From Candidatus Stahliibacteriota bacterium (GTDB taxonomy: Bacteria; Hydrothermota; Tepidihabitantia; B3-TA06), in the NCBI GenBank assembly GCA_030670165.1, contig DAOVCF010000003.1:1-34860 (forward strand): a stretch of DNA of 34,860 nt, given 5' to 3'. Each line of letters starts with the position of its first letter. Position 1 is the first letter of the stretch. This document shows positions 1 to 8,400 of this stretch, piece after piece. The position numbers and the translations under genes were made by a program. The notes below the pieces were generated by a model. It was not told where the DNA came from and ran no database searches. It was given only the letters and a program-made list of their open reading frames with translations.

Positions 1-26
1 ATAAGCCAATTCTCCGGCAATGTCAA
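1..26 (-). promoter_or_regulatory. sigma70-type promoter firing out of the left edge of the window
   Basis: Minus strand reads TTGACA (26-21), 17 nt, then TAT, where the window edge cuts the -10 box. Confidence 0.5.
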
Positions 27-30
27 GGCC

Positions 31-59
31 AAGAGAGAGGAGGGGCAAAGCCCCTCCTC
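31..59 (-). terminator. Intrinsic terminator-like hairpin downstream of ORF 73..624
   Basis: Perfect 10-bp stem GAGGAGGGGC-aaa-GCCCCTCCTC (37-59), followed on the minus strand by TCTCTT, 13 nt after the stop codon. Confidence 0.7.
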
Positions 60-72
60 CAAAGGTTCAGGT

Positions 73-624
73 TCAATCGGGGAGGTAGCCCGTCCCCGTG
101 CCGGTACAGGTGCCGCCTCCAGTAATGCCGTCAGGGTCACTGCCGGTTACAAGCCAGCTTGCTGTATAGGTGGGATCAGGTCTGGTGTTGTAGTTGAAGT
201 GGTTACCGGTACTCCACCAGGTGCCCCAGACGGAGTCGAACACCACAGGGGGTAGCCCGGATCTCCTGAGAATCGCCGTACCTAACCAGACACCGCTGCC
301 TTCCTTTGTGCCGCTGTCACCTGTCGGTTTGCTGCCGGTGAACACAGTATCCTCAAACTCGATTGTGTCTTCTATCTCACCGATAACATAGATGAAATTC
401 AGTATAACATCCTGAGGAAGGTAGAATGTATCCGTGAACTCTGTGAACGAGGAGTCGGAAACGTAGCCACTGTCGACAGCGGTATAGTCGTGGCTGTTAT
501 AGGTGAGGGTTCCTGAATACCACCAGCCGTCCCAGGTTTCGTAATAGCCGTAAGCGCTTGTGGCGGCCATGAGCATCATCGCAACCGCGGCGATGAGAAG
601 GAGAGTTTTAGGTTTATGCTTCAT
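73..624 (-). CDS. Secreted hypothetical protein, 183 aa, rich in G/T/S/Y/W
   Basis: Signal peptide MKHKPKTLLLIAAVAMMLMAATSAYG; SD-like AAGGAAG upstream; has its own promoter and terminator; no family recognised. Confidence 0.8.
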   Translation of the reverse strand: MKHKPKTLLLIAAVAMMLMAATSAYGYYETWDGWWYSGTLTYNSHDYTAVDSGYVSDSSFTEFTDTFYLPQDVILNFIYVIGEIEDTIEFEDTVFTGSKPTGDSGTKEGSGVWLGTAILRRSGLPPVVFDSVWGTWWSTGNHFNYNTRPDPTYTASWLVTGSDPDGITGGGTCTGTGTGYLPD

Positions 625-685
625 TTGAAGCTTCCTTGGTTTGTTTATTTATAGAGAGATTTTAATTTCCTCCCTATACAAACTT

Positions 686-713
686 ATTATAGGCAAATTT
701 TACGACGCGTCAA
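686..713 (-). promoter_or_regulatory. sigma70 promoter for 73..624
   Basis: TTGACG (713-708), N16, TATAAT (691-686) on the minus strand. Confidence 0.7.
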
Positions 714-838
714 GGTAATTCTGCCAATTAAAGATGATACTATGTTTTTGGCATTGTTTTGCATAAACTTTTGAGGGGGGGGCAACTTAGGAGTGTAATT
801 CTAGAGGATATGTAGGGGATTTAGGGGGGTATAAAAGC

Positions 839-2263
839 TTAGCTTCTGGTTGAGTCTTGTCCTACAGTTTTATCTGGCGGTTTGTATTCGCCCTTGGCAA
901 GCTTTTCTTTAACGAGCGCCAGTCCTTCCTTCTTAGTGGTGATCTTGCGCTCCCACTGTAGTTCCTCCAATTCCCCAAGTATCACCTTGAATACAGGGCC
1001 TGGTTTGAGTCCGAGAGCGATGAGATCATACCCGTTGACCAGAGGCACAAAAGCGGCGCGCTTTGCGTCCTGGATGGCAAGTTCCAGTATCTTGACGATA
1101 GTGTACTCCAGATGTCTGGTCCGGCCAGCAGTGGCGAAGCCATCTGCAAGATCGAGCAGCATGACCTCCGAGGCCACGTCCGCGCAAATCCTTGCAAATC
1201 TCCGCATCGCACGCTCGGTAAGTTCGGGTGCGGTGGCGATTAGATGAAGGTGCATGTGCCTTGCTACTGTTTGCTCCACCCTTTCCGCGTCCTGGTTTGA
1301 GAACCGAAGTTCCTTTGAGAGTGCGCGGCGTATCTTTTTGGCCCCCTTGGTGTCGTGTCCGTAGAAGTGCAGGATGCCGTCCTCCATTCTTATGCGCGTT
1401 TCCGGCTTTGAAACGTCGTGGAACAACGCGGCAAGCTTAAGAAGCGCCGCACGGTGAGGATCAAAGACAATCTCTTCTATCTTCTCGCGGATGTGGGGAG
1501 CCCAGCGATCAGGCTCCTGGTAGAGTATGTGTTCCAGACTCACAAGAACCATCAGCGAATGTGAACGTACCCCGTAGTCCGCCCAGAAGTTTGCAAATGG
1601 GAAGATCTGCTGCATCAGTCCGGCGACGATCATACGGTTGATCAGTGGATAGATATGTGGTAAACCCAGAATTAGCATTAGTTCGTAGGCGATGCGTTCG
1701 CGAGCCATGTTCCCAAGTGAAATGAACTCCGCTTCCCGCTCAAGCAACGGGTCTATGCTGAATCCAAACTGAGCGGCGAATCGGTAGGCACGAAGTATTC
1801 GCAGTGGATCGGACTGGATAGAATCCGGGCCTACCTTGCGGATAAACCTCCTTTCCAGATCCCTCTCTCCGCCAAAGGGGTCGATGATTGCGCTTGAGCG
1901 CTTTCCTTCCAGGATTTTATGCACATCCAAAGCCATGGCGTTGATGGTGAAATCACGGGCGGCAAGGTCTTCCTTGATTGAATCCTTGAAGCCCTTGAAG
2001 TCAAGCACAAGTTCCTTGCGGATCACCACCCTTGCCTCGTCCTCTGCCTCTGATAGCGGCACGAACGCGCCCTTCAGGTTTCTGGCAACCCTGGAGGCGA
2101 ACCTGACACCCGAACCCTTCACCGCGAAGTCAAGGTCCAGGATCTTTCGCTCAAGGCTGAGATCGCGCACCGCACCCCCCACAAGGTAAAGTTCTTTGTC
2201 TCCAGTCAACCCTGCTATCTGTTTGAGGATATCATTGTAGGGCTTCAGCCCCGAAAGCTTCAC
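839..2263 (-). CDS. cca: Class II tRNA nucleotidyltransferase with HD-like domain (probably CC-adding type)
   Basis: Motifs VGGAVRD...[35 protein letters not shown] and LFHDVSKP...HFYGHD; the GTG start overlaps the uvrA stop. Confidence 0.88.
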   Translation of the reverse strand: MKLSGLKPYNDILKQIAGLTGDKELYLVGGAVRDLSLERKILDLDFAVKGSGVRFASRVARNLKGAFVPLSEAEDEARVVIRKELVLDFKGFKDSIKEDLAARDFTINAMALDVHKILEGKRSSAIIDPFGGERDLERRFIRKVGPDSIQSDPLRILRAYRFAAQFGFSIDPLLEREAEFISLGNMARERIAYELMLILGLPHIYPLINRMIVAGLMQQIFPFANFWADYGVRSHSLMVLVSLEHILYQEPDRWAPHIREKIEEIVFDPHRAALLKLAALFHDVSKPETRIRMEDGILHFYGHDTKGAKKIRRALSKELRFSNQDAERVEQTVARHMHLHLIATAPELTERAMRRFARICADVASEVMLLDLADGFATAGRTRHLEYTIVKILELAIQDAKRAAFVPLVNGYDLIALGLKPGPVFKVILGELEELQWERKITTKKEGLALVKEKLAKGEYKPPDKTVGQDSTRS

Positions 2264-5067
2264 AATATCTCCTTAAGTACCCTGCCGGTGTAGGATTTTG
2301 CGACCTTTGCTATCTTCTCAGGCGGACCCTGGGCTACAATCTGACCTCCTTCATCACCGCCTTGGGGTCCCAGGTCTATGATCCAATCCGCACACTTGAT
2401 TACATCCGGATTGTGTTCAATCACTATCACCGTGTTGCGTTTTTCAACCAGCCGCTGCAGGACCGCAAGAAGCATCTTTACATCCTCAAAATGGAGCCCT
2501 GTTGTGGGTTCATCCAGGAGGTAGACCGTATGTCCTTTTGGGATCTTTGCCAGCTCCTTTGCCAGCTTGATGCGTTGCGCCTCGCCTCCTGAAAGCGATG
2601 GAGCCGATTGTCCCAGCTTAATGTAACCTAATCCTACGTCCTTGAGAAGCCTTAACTTGCGAGCCACAGGCGGAATATTCTTGAAGAACTCGAACGCCTC
2701 ATCAACGGTCATATCCAGCACCTCTGCGATGTTTTTACCCTTGAAGTGCACCTCCAGTGTCTCGCGGTTGTAGCGCTTTCCACCGCAGACCTCGCAGCGA
2801 ACGTAGACGTCGGGCAGAAAGTGCATTTCTATCCTCAAGGTTCCGTCGCCTGAGCAGCGTTCGCAGCGCCCGCCACGGACGTTGAAGCTGAACCGCCCTA
2901 GCTTGTAGCCCCGGATGCGGGCCTCCTTGGTCTTGGCAAAGAGCTCCCTTATTGGCCCGAACGCCTGGGTGTAGGTGGCCGGATTGGAACGCGGTGTGCG
3001 GCCTATGGGCGACTGGTCAATGTTTATGACCTTATCTATATACTTAAGGCCCTGGATTCCGTCGTGATCGCCCGGCTTGGAGCGGGATCGGTAGAAGCGG
3101 CGGGCAAGCGCCTTGTAGAGGATATCGGAGACCAGCGAGGACTTGCCCGAGCCGGATACGCCGGTGACGCAGATAAAAAGTCCTAAGGGGAATTCTACGT
3201 CTATATCCTTGAGGTTGTTGTGGCGTGCCCCTTTCACCACCAGTTTGTCAAGATTCGGGGAGCGTCTGTGGGATGGAATCTCTATCTTGCACTTTCCGGT
3301 AAGGTAGCGACCGGTAAGTGAACGCCTGGCTCGCTTGATCTCGGAAGGTGTTCCCTGTGCTACGATCCGCCCACCCGCGGCACCCGCACCAGGACCAAGG
3401 TCTATCACGTGATCTGCAGACTCGATCGTATCCCGGTCATGTTCGACAACCACCACCGTGTTGCCCAAATCACGCAGCTTACGAAGCGTTGACAGGAGTC
3501 TTCTGTTGTCCCTGGGATGCAGACCGATGGTCGGCTCATCGAGTATGTAGATGACGCCCACAAGCCTTGAGCCGATCTGGGTGGCAAGCCGCACCCGCTG
3601 CTCCTCGCCGCCTGCAAGGGTGTCCGCGGTTCTATCCAGAGTCAAGTAATCTACGCCTACCTCCAGGAGAAACCCCAGTCTGTTCGAGATCTCCTTGATT
3701 ACCTCCTTGACGATGGTGCGTTCGTATCTGGTGAGCTTGAGGTCTGTAAAGAACTCGGCCGCCGTGCGTATCGAGAACCGGCTTATGTCGCGGATGTTAA
3801 CCTCGCCGAGTCTTACTGAGAGCGCCTCTGGTTTGAGACGGTCACCGTTACAGGCCGGACAGGGCAGGATGGACATAAAACCCTCGATATACCGTCTGCG
3901 ATAGTCCGATTCGGTCTCCCTGTGCAGCCGCATCAGGTTGTTGGCTACCCCCTCGAAACGCTCGTAGCCCTCGTAGCGATGGCCTGAGCGGCCAACGTAT
4001 TTCACATCTACCGAATCAGGTGAGCCGTAAAGGACGACATTACGAGCTTCCTCTGAGAGTTCGGCCCAGGGTGCGGCAAGATCAAAGCCGTATCGCTTGG
4101 CAACCGCTTTTAGGATTGCAAGAAGCCAGCCCTGCGGTTCGCCCCAGGGTGCGAGTGTGCCTTCGAGTATGGAGAGTCGGGGATTGACAATTAAGCGGTC
4201 CGGGTCTATCTCCATCTTGGTGCCCAGGCCGTGGCATACAGGGCAGGCCCCGTAAGGGGAGTTGAAGGAAAACAACCTGGGTGTGATCTCCTGGTATGCA
4301 AACCCGCACCGGGTGCAGGCAAGCGACTGGCTGAAGGTGCGTTCCTCCTTGTTGTCCACTAGAACACTGCAAAGCCCCTCGCCCTCGGACAGGGCAAGCT
4401 CCACCGAGTCGGCAAGCCGTTTGCGGATGTTGGGCTTCAGTACTATCCTGTCTATCACCACCTCTACGGTGTGCTGTTTGTACTTCTCAAGCGTGGGCGG
4501 ACTATCCAGTTCAATTATTTCTCCATCCACCCTTGCCCGCACGAATCCTTTGCGCGCGAGCTTGCCCCAAAGGTCCCGATACTCCCCCTTTCTCCCTCGA
4601 ATCTTGGGAGCAAGGATTACAAGCTTTGTTCCCTCCGGGTACTCCAGGATGGCGTCTATGATCTGGTCGGTGCTCATCTTGGATATGGGTATCGAGCAGT
4701 TGGGACAGTAGGGCTTGCCTATTCGTGCAAAGAGAACTCGCAGGTAGTCGTAGATCTCGGTCACGGTTGCGACTGTAGAGCGGGGATTCCGTGCCGAGGT
4801 GCGTTGCTCTATGGCTATGGCAGGGGAGAGGCCCTCGATGAAGTCAACGTCCGGCTTCTCCATGGCACCCATGAACTGGCGCGCGTATGCCGATAAAGAC
4901 TCCATGTAGCGACGCTGACCCTCGGCATAAAGGGTGTCGAAGGCAAGAGATGACTTGCCCGAACCCGAAAGCCCGGTTATCACTACGAGCTTGTTGCGCG
5001 GAATCCTCACGTCTATGTTCTTTAAGTTATGCTCCCGCGCACCTTTGATGAATATATCCTGTTCCAT
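2260..5067 (-). CDS. uvrA: Excinuclease ABC subunit A
   Basis: [10 protein letters not shown]; two Walker A motifs ([18 protein letters not shown]); CxxC zinc modules; LSGGEAQR; [10 protein letters not shown]; 935 aa. Confidence 0.99.
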   Translation of the reverse strand: MEQDIFIKGAREHNLKNIDVRIPRNKLVVITGLSGSGKSSLAFDTLYAEGQRRYMESLSAYARQFMGAMEKPDVDFIEGLSPAIAIEQRTSARNPRSTVATVTEIYDYLRVLFARIGKPYCPNCSIPISKMSTDQIIDAILEYPEGTKLVILAPKIRGRKGEYRDLWGKLARKGFVRARVDGEIIELDSPPTLEKYKQHTVEVVIDRIVLKPNIRKRLADSVELALSEGEGLCSVLVDNKEERTFSQSLACTRCGFAYQEITPRLFSFNSPYGACPVCHGLGTKMEIDPDRLIVNPRLSILEGTLAPWGEPQGWLLAILKAVAKRYGFDLAAPWAELSEEARNVVLYGSPDSVDVKYVGRSGHRYEGYERFEGVANNLMRLHRETESDYRRRYIEGFMSILPCPACNGDRLKPEALSVRLGEVNIRDISRFSIRTAAEFFTDLKLTRYERTIVKEVIKEISNRLGFLLEVGVDYLTLDRTADTLAGGEEQRVRLATQIGSRLVGVIYILDEPTIGLHPRDNRRLLSTLRKLRDLGNTVVVVEHDRDTIESADHVIDLGPGAGAAGGRIVAQGTPSEIKRARRSLTGRYLTGKCKIEIPSHRRSPNLDKLVVKGARHNNLKDIDVEFPLGLFICVTGVSGSGKSSLVSDILYKALARRFYRSRSKPGDHDGIQGLKYIDKVINIDQSPIGRTPRSNPATYTQAFGPIRELFAKTKEARIRGYKLGRFSFNVRGGRCERCSGDGTLRIEMHFLPDVYVRCEVCGGKRYNRETLEVHFKGKNIAEVLDMTVDEAFEFFKNIPPVARKLRLLKDVGLGYIKLGQSAPSLSGGEAQRIKLAKELAKIPKGHTVYLLDEPTTGLHFEDVKMLLAVLQRLVEKRNTVIVIEHNPDVIKCADWIIDLGPQGGDEGGQIVAQGPPEKIAKVAKSYTGRVLKEIL

Positions 5068-5079
5068 AGCGTAACCGTA

Positions 5080-5108
5080 ATTTTAACGCTAAAATCATCC
5101 TCAGTCAA
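5080..5108 (-). promoter_or_regulatory. sigma70 promoter of uvrA-cca with a very short leader
   Basis: TTGACT (5108-5103), N17, TAAAAT (5085-5080); the ATG is 12 nt downstream and there is no SD. Confidence 0.7.
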
Positions 5109-5219
5109 GACTGATAATTCCCCTCGGCCCCCCTCGGCAGAAGAAGGTAAGGTTTTCTATAAAACGAGAAAAGATATGGAGTGCCACTTTTGATTACTAA
5201 AGGAGTATAGGGGAAACCT

Positions 5220-6374
5220 TTAGTTTCCCAATAGTATAACCTTCTGGGTGATGTTTGATCTACTCAGTTTATATCCCTCTCCGAGTGTGGCGGAAAGCTG
5301 CACAAAGTAAACGCCGCAAGGCAGTGAGAGCTGGTGGGTTATGTGATGCCAGCCGGCTTGTCTCTTGCCATCCTCAATAACACCGACCCTCTTTCCGGCT
5401 GCGTCATACAGCTCCACCCTGGCAAGGCCGGAAGTAGGCAGGAAGAACGAAAGATCAAGCTCGCCTTCAATGGGCGATCGAACCTCAAGCAAGAGTCCAG
5501 AAGCAGGTTTCGTTTCCTTATCTTCTCCTATGTAATCGGAGTTCCCATCGGCATCGGTCTTGATAAGGTAGACATCAAACCCGCCAGCGCCGAAGGAGAA
5601 TGTCCATCCGGCGATGATATAGCCTTTATCCGAGGTCTGTTGCACAGAACTTCCCCCCTCATCCTCGCTGCCGCCGTAGGTTCTGGTCCAGATGGTGTCA
5701 CCCGAGGCATCGGTCTTGATAAGGTAGACATCATACGAGGCAGCGCCGAAGGATAATGTCCCTCCGGTGATGATATAGCCTGTATCCGAGGTCTCTTGAA
5801 CAGAATTGCCCCAATCATCCTCGCTGCCGCCGTAGGTACTGGTCCAGATGGTGTCACCCGAGGCATCGGTCTTGATAAGGTAGACATCATATGAGGCAGC
5901 GCCAAAGGAGAATGTCCCTCCGGCGATGATATAGCCTTCATCCGAGGTCTGTTGCACAGAACTTCCCCCCTCATCCTCGCTGCCGCCGTAGGTTCTGGTC
6001 CAGATGGTGTCACCCGAAGCATCGGTCTTGATAAGGTAGACATCACCGAGAGTGTCACCGAAAGAGCATGTCTGTCCGGCGATGATATAGCCTCCATCCG
6101 AGGTCTGTTGCACAGAATTGCCCCCATCATAGCTGCTGCCGCCGTAGGTCCTGCTCCAGATAGAATTACCCGAGGCATCGGTCTTGATAAGGTAAACAGC
6201 AGATGGACCAGCGCCAAAGGAAAATGTCCATCCGGCGATGATATAGCCTCCATCCAGGGTCTCTTGAACAGAATAGCCCACATCATTGTTGCTGCCGCCG
6301 TAGATTCTCTCCCATGCCTGAGCGGGAACGAAAAAGACGAGAAGCAGGATTAATATAACTCCTAACTTTTTCAT
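5220..6374 (-). CDS. Secreted beta-propeller-like repeat protein with T9SS/FlgD-like C-terminal sorting domain (384 aa)
   Basis: Start moved to ATG 6374 (AGGAGG SD at 6385-6380; signal peptide MKKLGVILILLLVFFVPAQA); five 52-aa repeats GGYIIAGxTxSFGA...DVYLIKTDAxGDTIWTRTYGG; C-terminus LYDAAGKRV...GVYFVQL...KVILL. Confidence 0.85.
   Translation of the reverse strand: MKKLGVILILLLVFFVPAQAWERIYGGSNNDVGYSVQETLDGGYIIAGWTFSFGAGPSAVYLIKTDASGNSIWSRTYGGSSYDGGNSVQQTSDGGYIIAGQTCSFGDTLGDVYLIKTDASGDTIWTRTYGGSEDEGGSSVQQTSDEGYIIAGGTFSFGAASYDVYLIKTDASGDTIWTSTYGGSEDDWGNSVQETSDTGYIITGGTLSFGAASYDVYLIKTDASGDTIWTRTYGGSEDEGGSSVQQTSDKGYIIAGWTFSFGAGGFDVYLIKTDADGNSDYIGEDKETKPASGLLLEVRSPIEGELDLSFFLPTSGLARVELYDAAGKRVGVIEDGKRQAGWHHITHQLSLPCGVYFVQLSATLGEGYKLSRSNITQKVILLGN
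5545..6315. repeat. Intragenic tandem repeat, five units of 156 bp
   Basis: GCATCGGTCTTGATAAGGTA recurs at 5551, 5707, 5863, 6019 and 6175, an exact 156-bp period. Confidence 0.95.
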
Positions 6375-6395
6375 ATCGTCCTCCTTTATTATGTA

Positions 6396-6424
6396 ATTAT
6401 GGAGATAAAACCAGACTTTGTCAA
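6396..6424 (-). promoter_or_regulatory. sigma70 promoter of the repeat protein gene
   Basis: TTGACA (6424-6419), N17, CATAAT (6401-6396); back-to-back with the divergent promoter at 6460. Confidence 0.7.
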
Positions 6425-6459
6425 GCCCTAGGAGTCTGTGCATACGTTTCCCTGAGCGC

Positions 6460-6488
6460 TTGACTTGGTGGACTATCTCTTCTATAAT
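6460..6488 (+). promoter_or_regulatory. sigma70 promoter of cdaR-like/tsaD/recJ-like operon, leaderless
   Basis: TTGACT (6460-6465), N17, TATAAT (6483-6488); ATG at 6494, 5 nt later. Confidence 0.75.
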
Positions 6489-6493
6489 CCTTG

Positions 6494-7411
6494 ATGCCTG
6501 CACCGCGGTTTATCCGTTGGATAGTCAAGGACTGGTGGCTTAAGCTGATAGCGCTTGTTGCCGCCGTTGTTTTGTGGCTTTTTGCCAGACTTGAGCAGGA
6601 GTATACGCGTGAGTTGAAGCTCGGTCTTGATATGTCACTTCTTCCAACCGAATACGTGGTGGTCGAGCAAAACGTGGATTCGGTGAGCGTGGAGATACGG
6701 GGCAAGGGGAGATATCTTGTTCAACTGGGTAAATTCGAACCCAGGATTGTTTTGCCTCTCGTATCCATGAGGGAGGGTAGAGAGCGATTGAGGATCGGCC
6801 CTGAGAACGTGAATCTGCCTGAACAGATCGAGGTGCGTTCACTTGACCCATACCAGATTGAACTCGTGATAGAGCGCCGGGCCAAACGCAAGGTAGCGGT
6901 TATCGTTCGTTCGGATGGCATCCCGGCAGAGGGATTCGCGATCTCGGATATAGATTACGATAAAACGGTTGATCTATACGGAACTAAGGAGGTGGTTTCG
7001 ACTTTTAGCCATCTTTTTTCAGAGCCTTTGAACGTGGATGGCGTTTCTGAGAGTTTTTCCACAAAGCTGGCAATTCAGGTCCCGGACACGGCAGGGTTGG
7101 CGACCGAACCCTCATCCATCCTGGTAAAGGTAAGGGTCGAGCCTGAGACGACCGTGGTGCTTTCGAATGTGCCTGTAAGCCTTAAGGGAGTGCCTCTTCA
7201 AGGACAGGCTTACCTCTTGAACAAGGAAGCAAAGTTGACCCTAAGGGGGCCTGTGAGTCTCCTGCGGGGTTACAGCAAGGATGAGGTCGAGGTAACTATC
7301 TCGGTTTCTTCCTTGATGCGTGGCGACTACCGATTGCCTGCAGACGTTTCACTGACTCCGGGGGTTAGAGTCGAGAGTGAGCCCGCGGTATTCCGTTTGC
7401 TTGTCAGATGA
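6494..7411 (+). CDS. YbbR/CdaR-family membrane-anchored protein
   Basis: N-terminal TM segment DWWLKLIALVAAVVLWLF followed by about three beta-rich YbbR-like domains (VSVEIRG, VDLYGTKEVV, LTLRGP); start placed at ATG 6494. Confidence 0.8.
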   Translation: MPAPRFIRWIVKDWWLKLIALVAAVVLWLFARLEQEYTRELKLGLDMSLLPTEYVVVEQNVDSVSVEIRGKGRYLVQLGKFEPRIVLPLVSMREGRERLRIGPENVNLPEQIEVRSLDPYQIELVIERRAKRKVAVIVRSDGIPAEGFAISDIDYDKTVDLYGTKEVVSTFSHLFSEPLNVDGVSESFSTKLAIQVPDTAGLATEPSSILVKVRVEPETTVVLSNVPVSLKGVPLQGQAYLLNKEAKLTLRGPVSLLRGYSKDEVEVTISVSSLMRGDYRLPADVSLTPGVRVESEPAVFRLLVR

Positions 7412-8400
7412 TAACCCTGGGGATAGACACGAGCTGCGACGATACCAGCGTTGCAGTAGTGGGGGAGGGGCAGATTTTTGCGAATCTCGTTTCTTCGCAT
7501 CTTATACACTCCGAATACGGAGGGGTGGTTCCGGAGTTCGCTTCCCGTGCGCATACATGCTTGCTTTATCCTATGACGGAGCTTGCCATCAAGACCGCTG
7601 GCATTTCCTTTGATGAGGTGGATCTGGTTGCTGCGACCGCAGGACCAGGGCTTATGGGTTCTCTTCTGTGCGGACTTTCCTTTGCCAAGGGACTGGCTTG
7701 TGCCTCAGGTAAGCCGTTCATCGCCGTAAACCATCTCGAAGGCCATATCTACAGTATCCTTCTCTCTCATCCCCACCTCGTCCCTCCCGTCCTTGTTTTG
7801 CTGGTATCAGGCGGGCACACTGAACTCGTCCTTGTACGAGCCGAGTTTGAGTACCTTGAGATCGGTGCGACCCTTGACGATGCCTGTGGAGAGGCACTTG
7901 ACAAGGTCGGTAAGCTTATGGGGTTGGGGTATCCTGCCGGGGCTGCCGTAGAACGATTGGCCAAAGAAGCATCCAACCCTGTTCCGCTTCCGCGTCCGAA
8001 TCCTAAGGCACTTGACTTTAGCTATTCAGGTCTGAAGACCGCGGCTCGCAACTATTTAAAGGCTCACTCCGACACCTCGTCAGCCGACATGGCCAGAGGT
8101 CTCGAGGAGGCGGCCTTTGACCATCTTACGGATCGCGTTGTGCGTGCGGTAAAGAAGTCTGGTGTTTATCAGGTGGGTTTGTGCGGAGGGGTAGCCGTTA
8201 ATAAGAGATTGCGGTCCAAGCTTTCGGCTGCCGGGGATGAGGCAGGGTTTAAGCTTTACTTCCCCTTGCCAGAGCTGTGCACCGACAACGCCGCGATGAT
8301 TGCTGTAGCAGGCAGGGCGCGCTACGAGACGTTCGGGGAGAGCCTTTTTGACGCTTCTGCCTTTGACCGTGTTGCTTTTGCTCAAAGATCCAGGTCATGA
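7408..8400 (+). CDS. tsaD: tRNA N6-threonylcarbamoyladenosine transferase subunit TsaD
   Basis: LGIDTSCDDTSVAV, YGGVVPEFASRAH, GPGL, VNHLEGH, VSGGHT, TLDDACGEALDK, FSYSGLKT, CTDNAAMIA. Confidence 0.97.
   Translation: MITLGIDTSCDDTSVAVVGEGQIFANLVSSHLIHSEYGGVVPEFASRAHTCLLYPMTELAIKTAGISFDEVDLVAATAGPGLMGSLLCGLSFAKGLACASGKPFIAVNHLEGHIYSILLSHPHLVPPVLVLLVSGGHTELVLVRAEFEYLEIGATLDDACGEALDKVGKLMGLGYPAGAAVERLAKEASNPVPLPRPNPKALDFSYSGLKTAARNYLKAHSDTSSADMARGLEEAAFDHLTDRVVRAVKKSGVYQVGLCGGVAVNKRLRSKLSAAGDEAGFKLYFPLPELCTDNAAMIAVAGRARYETFGESLFDASAFDRVAFAQRSRS

Noticed and set aside
882-4896. Numerous 65-150 aa antisense or alternative-frame ORFs inside cca and uvrA (and likewise inside other long genes)
   Set aside because: They are fully nested in well-supported genes, lack motifs and start signals, and are expected by chance at this GC content.
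5545-6315. Regular repeats as a possible CRISPR array
   Set aside because: The 156-bp units are fully coding and similar along their whole length, with no unique spacers and no cas genes.
5334-6353. Long alternative-frame and antisense ORFs (5528..6286 -, 5334..5756 +, 5952..6353 +)
   Set aside because: They are shadows of the tandem repeat, since a stop-free unit repeated stays open; no SD or independent protein features.
6375-6503. ORF-track N-terminal extensions (also 18044-18097, 20631-20672, 25250-25285, 28041-28109, 31864-31941, 33157-33249)
   Set aside because: They overlap promoters or neighbouring genes. Downstream starts have an SD, a signal peptide, a stop-start overlap or the obligatory N-terminal Cys of GlmS.
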